Source of the DNA: Eledone cirrhosa
Lineage: Eukaryota
Direction of reading: 5' to 3'
Length of the DNA: 64,000 nt
NCBI GenBank assembly: GCA_964016885.1
Contig: OZ024746.1
Span: 49,538,001 to 49,602,000, forward strand
Shown here one piece after another: positions 54,356-64,000 of this stretch; within the stretch, counting starts at the first letter, position 1; each line of letters opens with the position of its first letter. The notes below the pieces were generated by a model that was not told the origin of the DNA, ran no database searches, and saw only the letters and a program-made list of their open reading frames with translations. The position numbers and the translations under genes are program-made.

Positions 54356-56213
54356 TCACTCACCCTTCGTCTCCTGGGAACCAGGCTGCACGATTTCCAT
54401 GGGCGTGTTGGAGGGGTTGTCTGGATGGGTGGTGGTTTCCGGCGGGGTGGGGACAGCGATGTTTGGTGAGGTGGGGTCTGGTGGGATGGGGGTGTCTGGG
54501 GTGGGGAGACATTTGAGAAGGACGCGGTTAAGTGGTTTCACGCAGGAATTCACCACATCCTTCTCAAATGTTTCTTTTAGGAACCTATAACTTTGTATAG
54601 GGACCCTAATCAGTTTTAGGTTCAGTTTTTTGTTATTTTTAATAGAGTGGGCGAAAGTTTTCCCTTCGGTTTTCACCGAAGGGTCGTTCGTGATGGTCTC
54701 CATTAGTGTTTTGTTTTCAGTGTTTATGTAAGTGTAAGTGCAATTTTCTTGTGTTGTGTTTGTTTTTGTCTGTAGTTCTTGTGTGTGCTTTCGTTTTGTT
54801 GTAGGTATTTTGTTTTCAGGAGGTGGGGGTTTTGTTTGTGATGTTTTTGTTGTTTGTGTTGGTGGTTGTATGTTTGTGGTAGTGTTTGCTGGTCTTTTGC
54901 TTTTGTGATGTCTTTTCTTTCTTTTCGAGCGATGGGGTTCTCCCTCGTCTTCACTGGGTGATGGCGAGATAGCCTCATCTGTTGTATCGTCTGTGTGATT
55001 GGGGAGGGGTATGTCTTGGGGAGCTGTTGTGTCTGTACGTGATTTTGCAGTGGTTTTAGGTGGAGTGTGGTTGGGTGGGACTGTGTTTGTTGTGGTTATT
55101 TTTGTGTGTTGGTGTTGTTGTTGTTGTGGTGGTGTTGGTGGTTGTGTTGTTTTGATGGGTGTCGGCAGAAGAGCCTTTTTTGACTCATTAATTTAAGACA
55201 GGAAGCCCTCAGGTGAACCCTGCTAAAGCAATGGTAACATGAAGGCCGCCTACCCTCAACCGAAAAGTTTATGTAGGTGCGTCCGTCCAGGAGTACACGT
55301 TGTGGGATCATAGCTATTCGCTCTGGGCTCATTTGCACCAGAACTTCAATGCTAGTCCCATTGAATACATCTATGGGGGACTTTCCTACTGACAGTATTC
55401 TGTCTTCATCAAAATTGATGAAGTGGCACAGTATCCACCATATGTTCACCTTTGGTGTGACACTCGTGATTTTGATCTTTTGTGTCCTTTTTCCCATGTA
55501 TGTAGGGAAAAATGTGTACAAGTTGGATACAATTGGCGACACAGAGTAATTTTGGGCCGTCAATTGATTCTTCATGAGTACCGAAATACTCCCAAAAAGT
55601 TTGCTTCTTTGAATGAATGCAATATCATTCATTGAATTTTTGAAAACCAGTTCAATTTCTTACTGTGACAATTGGACTGGTTTTCGGGTAGAATTGGAAA
55701 CTGTCCTAAAAACTATCGTTTTGAGAGCAGTTTCCTTGCGAATTTCTACCGGAGAATTGATGCTGAAAGCACCATTTTTTTCGAAAGTGACATATCTCCT
55801 AGGGTCCTTTAAAAGTTGTTCGGCATTTGTTATGTCGAGATATGTCAGTTCCTCCTTTTTCTGAACTGTCTGTGCAAAGGAATTTTTGGTTTCTTTGTGG
55901 AATTATCCGTATTGGTGGTGTTGTCATTATTGTTGTTATTCTTGTTGTTATTCTTGTTGTCACCGATGTTAATATTATTCGTATTTTCCTTGATATTATT
56001 CGTATTTTCCTTGATGTTGGTGTTGGTGTTGTTGTTGTCTTTGATGCTGGTGTTATTGGTGTTGTCTTTATTTTGTTCTTTGTTGTTGTTATCATTGTTG
56101 TTTTTATCATCATTATTGGTGTTGCTGTTATTTTTGTTGTCATTGAACTGTTTGGTGTCATTTGTGTTGTTTGGATATGAATTTGTTTTTACATTTTCAT
56201 TTCGTCTTTCCAT
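54356..56213 (-). pseudogene. LINE ORF1 (gag-like) with frameshifts
   Basis: VEGRRPSCYHCFSRVHLRASC (CX2CX4HX4C) plus Asn/Thr- and Pro-rich low-complexity segments in several frames. Confidence 0.75.
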
Positions 56214-56545
56214 CTCTATAGTATCTAGGGAAGAAGACGATGTTGACTGCGAGCTCTGTAAGTCTTACCGACTCTCCACTACCATTAACGTAATCAAACT
56301 TATAATATTTTTTTTCCAAAACTCAATGGAGAAAACATTTTTCAAACCAATATTTCGCCCCTGTAGGGGCGGAAATGAGTTGACCCACCACCTGAAGGTC
56401 GAGACGGGGGGGGGGGGGGGGCAAGTTACACAATAATATAAAATTTAACTGAAAACTCACGTTTTTTTCTTACATAAATTAACGGAAACTTCTCCGCGAA
56501 GTTACACACGTCTGATAGAGAGATAGATAGATAGATAGATAGATA

Positions 56546-57101
56546 CATTTCTTTATTAGCCACAAGGGGACAAAAAGGGGAAAATACAAATGGGGAGTTT
56601 ACAAACAGGTATATGAAAATAAAACTATTAATAAAATAACAAATAACATTTAAAATCCCCAATAGGGGGGAGGCGTTACACAGGGGTTGTACACACCCCG
56701 AACAAATGTCCAACCCTCATCTCCAGGAGCACCAAGAGTTAGTACTCCCTTGCTCTCTTCCTCTTTTTCCTCAACCTACAGGCTTATATAGAGAGAAGGC
56801 CCAACCACTCGGGCCATCTTTGCCACATTCACCCACCTTTTATAAAATTTGCTGGGGTACAGCACCTCTCTCTCCATCCTGATTCTTCTTCCAAAATTAT
56901 ATTTGAAAAAACGAATCAGTTGTTCGCCGGAGAGAGAGGTGTCTGACCTCGGCCCTTTTAACCTCGTCCACCATATAACCTCTTTCACCATAGCCCATAG
57001 CCATAACACATAGGAAAACCGCCTCTCCTTCATTTTTGAAGGAGGGTGGCGGTTTGATCATGACAATGGACTCGGTGGGCAACTGGATTGGTCCCACCCG
57101 C
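56546..57101 (-). mobile_element. 5'-truncated second copy (3' end) of the Tx1-like LINE
   Basis: Homologous to ~51111-51672 (KEVIWWTRLKG...GPSLYISL); (GATA)n on both sides. Confidence 0.9.
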
Positions 57102-57320
57102 GATAGATAGATAGATAGATAGATAGAGAGGTAGGTAAGTAGGTAGGTAGGTAGGTAGGTAGGTAGGTAGGTAGGTAGGTAGGTAGGTAGGTAGGTAGGT
57201 AAGTAGGTAGGTAGGTAGGTAGGTAGGTAGGTAGGTAGGTAGGTAGGTAGGTAGGTAGGTAAGTAGGTAGGTATGTAGGTAGGTAGGTAAGTAAGTATGT
57301 AGGTAGGTGGGTAAGTAGGT
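57102..57320. repeat. (GATA)n then (GGTA)n microsatellite
   Basis: Direct inspection. Confidence 0.95.
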
Positions 57321-57563
57321 TTTCTGGAAGGTAGACATTAAGATGGCTGGCTGGTTGGCTGGTCGACTGGATAGATAGATAGACGGATGGAAAGAAGGAA
57401 GGAGGGTTTTAGGCAGTTAGGTTGTAATTAGGGATGGAAGTAGTAGTACGAGGGGTGAATATACGAATTAGGCATCACAGTACCTTCAAAACAGTGATGC
57501 TATATTTACACTGCATATTAAACTATTTCCTTTACATTATCTAGTATCGTAGATGGCTGTGGA

Positions 57564-57742
57564 TTAGCAGTATCGGTAGAAGGTCGGACGCCATGCTTTG
57601 TAGCATAGAGTTACTGCACTTTACAGTCTGAGTTCAATTCCTGCCGAGGTCAACTTTGCCTTTCATCCTTACGGGATCGATAAAATAAAGTACCAGTAAT
57701 ATACTGGGTATTTGCTGGCCTTGTGCAAAATGTAGAAACAAT
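57564..57742 (+). mobile_element. tRNA-derived SINE
   Basis: Homologous to 37920 and 50321. Confidence 0.8.
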
Positions 57743-57851
57743 TATCTAGTATTGTAGTTCACATAAAAAACGTTGGGGTATATTTCTGTTTCACTTCAGT
57801 AATTCTAAATCCCTGTGCTTCTTTCTCTCTCTCTCCATCTTTATACATACA

Positions 57852-57889
<38 letters not shown>

Positions 57890-58049
57890 TTAGTTATACT
57901 ATTTATGGTTATGTAAATACAAAACCTTATGCAGTTATAAGTATTTTTTATACACACCCTAAATAGTGGTAGGCAGTAATGTATTACTACCTTATTACCA
58001 GTAAGTTAAGTAGCTCAATGTAAAAACATCAGATGATTTACAGAGCAGT

Positions 58050-58270
58050 TATATGAAATATAAGAATCAAAGAACTGTTCAAAACATTATTGTGCTTACA
58101 GCTGTTTCCTCCAAACCGAGGTTTGGAATCTTCGGAGCAATTTATTAATGCATGGACAGTTATATGACCTCCTTTTCAGCCAAGAGACATACCGATACAT
58201 ATGCAAATATTGTGGGTCAACATTCATTACATCATTACAGACTTTAGAGTGGCAGTACACACTTCGAGAT

Positions 58271-58275
<5 letters not shown>
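58050..58275 (-). mobile_element. Inverted 3'-end fragment of PLE family C (may extend to ~57886)
   Basis: Reverse complement of ~63422-63657. Confidence 0.85.
58085..58150 (-). ncRNA. Hammerhead ribozyme with CCGAAGA core (family C)
   Basis: UGCU-CCGAAGA-UUCCAAAC-CUCG-GUUUGGAG-GAAAC-AGCU-GUA-AGCA. Confidence 0.72.
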
Positions 58276-58315
<40 letters not shown>

Positions 58316-58350
58316 GTGTGTGTGTGTGTATGTGTGTTTGTGTGTATGTG

Positions 58351-58407
<57 letters not shown>

Positions 58408-58417
58408 TTATATATAT

Positions 58418-58745
58418 AAATTACACAATAATCAAAACTATGTTCAAATCATTTTATTGCTGACAATCGTTTCTTCCAAACTATCGTTTGGAATCATCGG
58501 AGCAGTAGCAATATTTGTACATATGATTAACCTCCTATTCAACTGAACAATCATATAGATACATGGAAATTAATGTTGTCAACAGTTTCGTATTTACAAG
58601 GTGAAATGGATGCGACATAGATTACAAGAGAATTGTACAATAATTAAAATTACAACTTAAAAAGTAAACATTATAAAGGTACAGAGTGGAATGCAAGCCA
58701 CAGAGATTATAAGGGAATAGTATAACAATTAAAGAGGCATTGAGG
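58418..58745 (-). mobile_element. 3'-end fragment related to PLE family D
   Basis: Diverged homologue of ~39700-40047; bounded by (TA)n on both sides. Confidence 0.8.
58455..58507 (-). ncRNA. Hammerhead ribozyme with CCGAUGA core (family D)
   Basis: UACUGCU-CCGAUGA-UUCCAAAC-GAUA-GUUUGGAA-GAAAC-GAUU-GUC-AGCAAUA. Confidence 0.72.
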
Positions 58746-58786
58746 TGTATATATATATATATATATACAACCATCTACCTCTCTCT

Positions 58787-58841
<55 letters not shown>

Positions 58842-58961
58842 ATATATATATATGTGTGTGTATATATACATATGTATATATATATATATATATATACCTA
58901 TATATATATATATACATATATATATATGTGTGTATATATATATATATGTGTGTATATATAT

Positions 58962-59306
58962 TATAATAAAATAACAGGAGGCTGGAATGTGTAAATCCTT
59001 GAAAGGTTTATTATACTATGATCATTTCAATGACTGGGTTCCGTTTGAATCCGGGGATATCATCGCTGATATCCGGTGATATATATACTTGAGGGCGACC
59101 GGCTAAAGTGGAAGATGCTAGATGGTCGGTCGTCCTCGTGTCATTGATTTTCAGCCCCATGGATTTTATCTGTTACATTCATTTATTATATTTCGAATAC
59201 ATGATGATATCACCGGATTCATACGGAACCCGGTCATTGAAATGATCATAGTATAATAAACCTTACAAGTATTTACACAAGTACAGCCTCCTGTTATTTT
59301 ATTATA
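58962..59306 (+). other. Large branched fold-back (~103-bp imperfect arms enclosing a G-U-rich inner hairpin)
   Basis: Arms ~58962-59064 and ~59203-59306; inner gagggcgaccggct/ggtcggtcgtcctc at 59091-59137. Confidence 0.8.
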
Positions 59307-59442
59307 TTTAACTCCGTACTCGCACCACCAACTACGCAAACGAAGACGGTTGAGCTGCTTTACGTTGAGTACTCTCCATATTATTACATCAATATTGATC
59401 ATACGGAATGACCAGCAGAATCCAGTGGTGAACCTACAAACC

Positions 59443-59483
<41 letters not shown>

Positions 59484-59620
59484 GTGTTAAACAATATTCA
59501 ATGAGTATGTCAAAGAATGAGTTTTACAGTAGATTGGAAGCACTCTACGAGAAAATAATTTTTCGGAGTTATTAATATTAAAATATAAATATTAATAAAA
59601 TAGATGTTCTTTTGATCAAT

Positions 59621-59679
59621 TACATTTTATTATACGTATTTCGGATGTACAAGAGTACGTCCTCATCAGACAAAATATA
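59621..59679 (-). ncRNA. Minimal hammerhead ribozyme
   Basis: UAUAUUUUGU-CUGAUGA-GGACGUAC-UCUU-GUACAUCC-GAAAU-ACGU-AUA-AUAAAAUGUA. Confidence 0.85.
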
Positions 59680-59856
59680 ATTGTTTCTACTTTAGGTACA
59701 AGGCCAGCAATTACCCAGAACATTACTGGTACTTTATTTTATCGACAATGATACATGACATACCCTGAGATGTTAAATGGTTAAGATTTAATCAAGGTAG
59801 TCACTACCTTGATTAAATCTTGACCATTTAACATCTCCGGGTATGTCATGTATCAT

Positions 59857-59915
59857 TATATTTTGTCTGATGAGGACGTACTCTTGTACATCTGAAATAT
59901 GTATAATAAAATGTA
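59857..59915 (+). ncRNA. Minimal hammerhead ribozyme (fold-back partner of 59621-59679)
   Basis: tatattttgt-ctgatga-ggacgtac...gtacatct-gaaat-atgt-ata-ataaaatgta. Confidence 0.8.
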
Positions 59916-60004
59916 ATTGATCAAAAGAACATCTATTTTATTAATATTTATATTTTTATATATATACATATATATATATACATATATATGTATACGTATA
60001 TATA

Positions 60005-62252
60005 TAACACTCTACTTAACTCCTTTGAAAATGACCTAGTTAAACTAGTTAAGAACATTAAATACAATAAGCACCATATTAAAAGCAACACCTTCTTAAA
60101 CAAACTTAACACTTCTATTAATGGATTCAAAACTAGTAATAAAATTATTGTACACGCAGATAAAACTAATAACATATACAGCCTAGATTATAATACTTAT
60201 AGAAAGTTTATATATAATGAACTACATAAAAGCTACAAAAAAACCACCTTGAAAAACTTAGAAGATATTAATGTAGAGGGCTATAATATAGTGTCTAAAC
60301 TAGGACTACAGAGGCATACACAACCTTTCACTCCGAACCCCCCTAGATTCTCTCTGAAGGACCATAAGGAGAACTTCATCAGCAACCCCACGATAAGACT
60401 TATCTGCCCTTCCAAGTCCGACATTGGTATTATCAGCAAGAAGATTTTGGATAAAATCATCCCACAAATTAAACACAAGATACACCTTAAACAATGGGGA
60501 AATACGGGTGAAGTAATTGAATGGTTCAAGGATATCAAGAATAATAAGAACAACAAATTTATTCAATTTGATATCAATTCGTACTACACCTCTATTTCCC
60601 CTATCCTATTAAATAAGGCACTTATCATGGCCATGACCAATAGCGACCTGACTAGAGCCCAGGTTGATGTCATCCTTGCGGCCTGTAAAACCATAATCAC
60701 CTTTGAGGACCAACTATGGACACGCAAGGATACGCACAACAACTTCGACATAACCATGGGATCTAGTGACTCGGCGCAGGTCACGGATTTGGTCGGCCTA
60801 TACCTCCTCAACGAAATCCATAAGGACCTCCCTTACCTCAACGGTGGTTTGTACCGCGATGATGCACTTCTACTTATAGAATATAAAAAATTTAATATAG
60901 AAAGAACTAGAAAACAACTGCATAAGACATTCAAAAACTTTAACCTTAGTATCACCATGGACAAAAACACTAAAAATGTTAACTTCCTAGACGCCACACT
61001 ATACCTAGACTCAAAAATATATACACCTTTCCACAAGCCTAATGAGAAACTTATTTACGTAGATACCAAGTCTAATCACCCTAGATCAATATTAAACTCT
61101 ATCTCTAAGGGGGTGTCCAATAGAATCTCTAGTCTGTCCTATGACGCAAACATATTTAGCAAAAACTCACAATATTACAATCAAGCATTAGCTAGCTCCG
61201 GCCATAATATAGAAATTGAGTTCCTACCTAAGAAAACACATAGCTACAACATCATCTCGCACAACATGTCCATGAGGAAATCTAATAATAGGAATAGCAA
61301 CCACAAGTACACCAAAGCGGAGAGTGCCACCGGAAGTAACCATTACCATGGAAACTACTGTGGCGCCTTATGAGGAAGCAACACACCAAACACTAAAAGC
61401 AAAAATAGAAGAAGAAATAATACATTTTTCAACCCTCCTTTCAACCTAAATGTCTCCACCAACATACCTAGGGCTTTCTTCTCACTACTAGATAAAAACT
61501 TCCCTCTAGGACATAAGTACCACAACCTCTTAAACAAAAACACCATTAAAATCTCATACTCTACGACGCCTAACTTAGCATACCACACAGCTAGCAGCAA
61601 TAATAGTAAAATTAGTTCTTACTTCCAACAAACAAAATCACAACGGGATGCAAACCCTCTAAATACCACTGTAGCAAGCAACCATAGCAACGGCAGTAAC
61701 AATAGAAATAACACTAGTATAAGTAATAACACCAGGGTTGTCAACCCGAACACCCAAAATCCTATATCTACCACACGGACTTCCGCATTGCATCATAACC
61801 AGCGGACTAACGCACAGGATAATTGTAACTGTAGAGTTAATAGAACCTGCCCTTTAGATAAAAAATGCCTAACCAAGGATGTCATATACTCATGCACCGT
61901 CACGACTAATAACTCTTCAGAAACCTATGTAGGCTCCACTTCTAACTGCTTCAAAATCAGATATAATTCGCACATCCACTCGTTCAAAAAGCACAGCCTA
62001 GCCAACTCCACCTCACTTTCTAGCTACATACACTATCTAAAATCTAAAAATAAACCATACACACTCAAATGGGAAGTGATAGGAAGCGCGACCTCGTACA
62101 AACCACCTAATAAATTCTGTAACCTCTGTATACTAGAGACACACAATATTATCTTCTCCAACCGTAACCTACTTAACAAAAAATCTGAGGTGTTTGCAAC
62201 TTGCCAGCACCGCCTCAGACATTCCTTCCAAAACTTTAAGCCCAATATATAA
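60005..62252 (+). pseudogene. PLE RT + GIY-YIG lacking ~70 N-terminal codons, with one in-frame TGA (61371-61373)
   Basis: ADKTNN, IQFDINSYY, ITMGSSDSAQVTDLVG, GGLYRDD. After the TGA the frame continues FFNPPFN...CNCRVNRTCPLDKKC...YVGSTS...CNLC...TCQH. Confidence 0.9.
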
Positions 62253-63557
62253 CAATGTCGGACTGGAACCTAACACCACATCTAGCATCAAACACCAGAG
62301 ACACACCTTATACTACATACCCAACACTAACTGATCTATTATAACACAAGCAATGACATCCCTCTGGAACCCTTCGCAGGGAGAATACCTATTTATACCT
62401 CTGCGGCAGGTGTGACAACATCCACCCACTTGAACGGCACTACACCGCTCTAAGGGTAATTTGAGCATGAATGCATTCCAACTGCCGTGCGGGTTGTACG
62501 TATATGGATGATCTGACGGTCAGAGAGGGGTCGCGAGGACTGCGGATTGACCTTTGGCTCGCCTGGGGATAATTATCTTTCGACATCAAATGTAGCAAGC
62601 GATGACCCAGATCTTACCAGAGATCATTGGGTCCTGAAGCAAGCCTGCAATCACCGCGCCTGGTCATATGAGCAGACTACAACCACAGAGATCATTAATT
62701 TAGAATCCTCGCTCATCATCTATAATTTCCATTTGTGGCACCTTAATCCACCATAATAATATGATCACCTTCAGCATAACTTAATTAAACTACTCTATAG
62801 TTAATACACTTTATGCTTTAAAAATCTCTCTTGGAAGATGCGCATCACCATAGAATTTAGGGTCTATATTAGGACACATTTTAATGGCTAGATACAGAAA
62901 CCCCAGAGTTACCTCCCCGCATGCATTAACTCCCCTTAGCCACACACACACTTCCGGGCGGTATTCAATGGCGTTTCTAGAAACGTAACAACCGCCTGTA
63001 TCGAACTAAAGAACACCAGACTACGATCTCTAACTGGATTGTCGTGGATTATGTGAAGGGCATATAATCGAAAAATATACTCCCCTGACCATGAAAATGC
63101 CGAAGTACATGAAATACTTGACATCCCTGCGCTGTGCATCTCCATTACTTATAACACTTTTAATGCTTGCACTATCTTTAATGCTTATAATATTTCTCCA
63201 CACACAGACTATATCAATCATATAAAGAATTTGCCACCAGATCTACCAACCTAACACTCTTATTTACCTACCTAAGTGCCTCAACCACACATATCTCTCT
63301 GCCACACTATATAAACAAGACGCACATGCGTGCCACACATAACATTTGCACTATATAACCGCTTATCTTCATGTTGTATTTTAACCTATATCTTTGATTT
63401 TTGATTGTACCTATTAATATAAATGTAATCTCGAAGTGTGTACTGCCACTCTAAATTCTGTAATGAATGTTGACCCACAATGTTTGAATATGTATCAATG
63501 TTTGAATATGTATTGGTATGTCTCTCGGCTGAAAAGGAGGTCATATAACTGTCCATG

Positions 63558-63623
63558 CATTAATAAATTGCTCCGAAGAATCCAAACCTCGGTTTGGAGG
63601 AAACAGCTGTAAGCACAATAATG
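63558..63623 (+). ncRNA. Hammerhead ribozyme with CCGAAGA core (family C)
   Basis: tgct-ccgaaga-atccaaac-ctcg-gtttggag-gaaac-agct-gta-agca. Confidence 0.7.
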
Positions 63624-63741
63624 TTTTGAACAGTCCTTTGATTCTTATAATTCATATATATATACATATGTATATATACACATATATATATATATATATA
63701 AAGATACATACATATATATGTGTATATATATATATATATAA

Positions 63742-63799
<58 letters not shown>

Positions 63800-64000
63800 A
63801 TCTCCCTCTCTCACTCTCTCTTTCTCCAACTCGCCCCCTCTTTCAATCTCCCAACTATCTCTCTTTAATCTTATATTCTGAATATATATGTTTGTGTATG
63901 TGTGTATGTGTGTGTATATGTGTGTATATGTGTGTTTGTATATTCATATGCGTGTGTTGGGTATATATCTCGTCGGTGTATATCAGTGAAAGACGTAACC

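Larger units (their letters stand above)
51111..56512 (-). mobile_element. Tx1/L1-type LINE, near full length but damaged, between (GATA)n tracts
   Basis: ORF1 with CCHC knuckle, ORF2 with APE-RT-zinc finger. The 3' end abuts (TAGA)n at ~51094-51110. The 5' boundary is approximate, with (GATA)n at ~56513. Confidence 0.85.
60005..63657 (+). mobile_element. 5'-truncated Hydra-like PLE (family C)
   Basis: RT-EN reading frame, ~1.4-kb 3' region and terminal hammerhead; (TA)n at both ends. Confidence 0.9.

Noticed and set aside
59060-59212. ctgatat...gaatacatga as a hammerhead inside the large fold-back
   Set aside because: G8/A9 and GAAA are missing and there is no compensatory pattern.

Overview
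AT-rich, microsatellite-laden eukaryotic (metazoan) DNA. The tRNA-type SINE heads resemble octopus families, so a cephalopod origin is plausible but is inference. No host gene is recognisable, and almost all short ORFs in the track are translations of (TA)n/(CA)n repeats. The window is dominated by Penelope-like elements (PLEs) whose proteins carry Hydra-clade-type motifs (RT with YRDD, CxCx5Cx5C linker, C-terminal GIY-YIG, CxxC, terminal CxH). Positions 1-22880 are a young, seamless head-to-tail array of a ~6.66-kb PLE: two intact ORFs, one frameshifted ORF, a ~2-kb microsatellite cargo per unit, one type I hammerhead (HHR) per unit with an unusually long stem II, and A-B-A-B alternation of variants. 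It is fused at 22880 to an inverted 5'-truncated copy that ends in (TA)n at ~28394. The same architecture is repeated in miniature by a non-coding ~595-bp element (28807-29821) with a U3-A8 variant hammerhead, a retrozyme-like candidate. The remainder holds further PLE remnants, and the window has 16 readable hammerheads from six families, several with a CCGANGA (U4C) core. It also has zero-spacer fold-backs next to (TA)n, a (GATA)n-flanked Tx1/L1-type LINE, R4/Dong and RTE fragments, SINEs and a mariner-like MITE.
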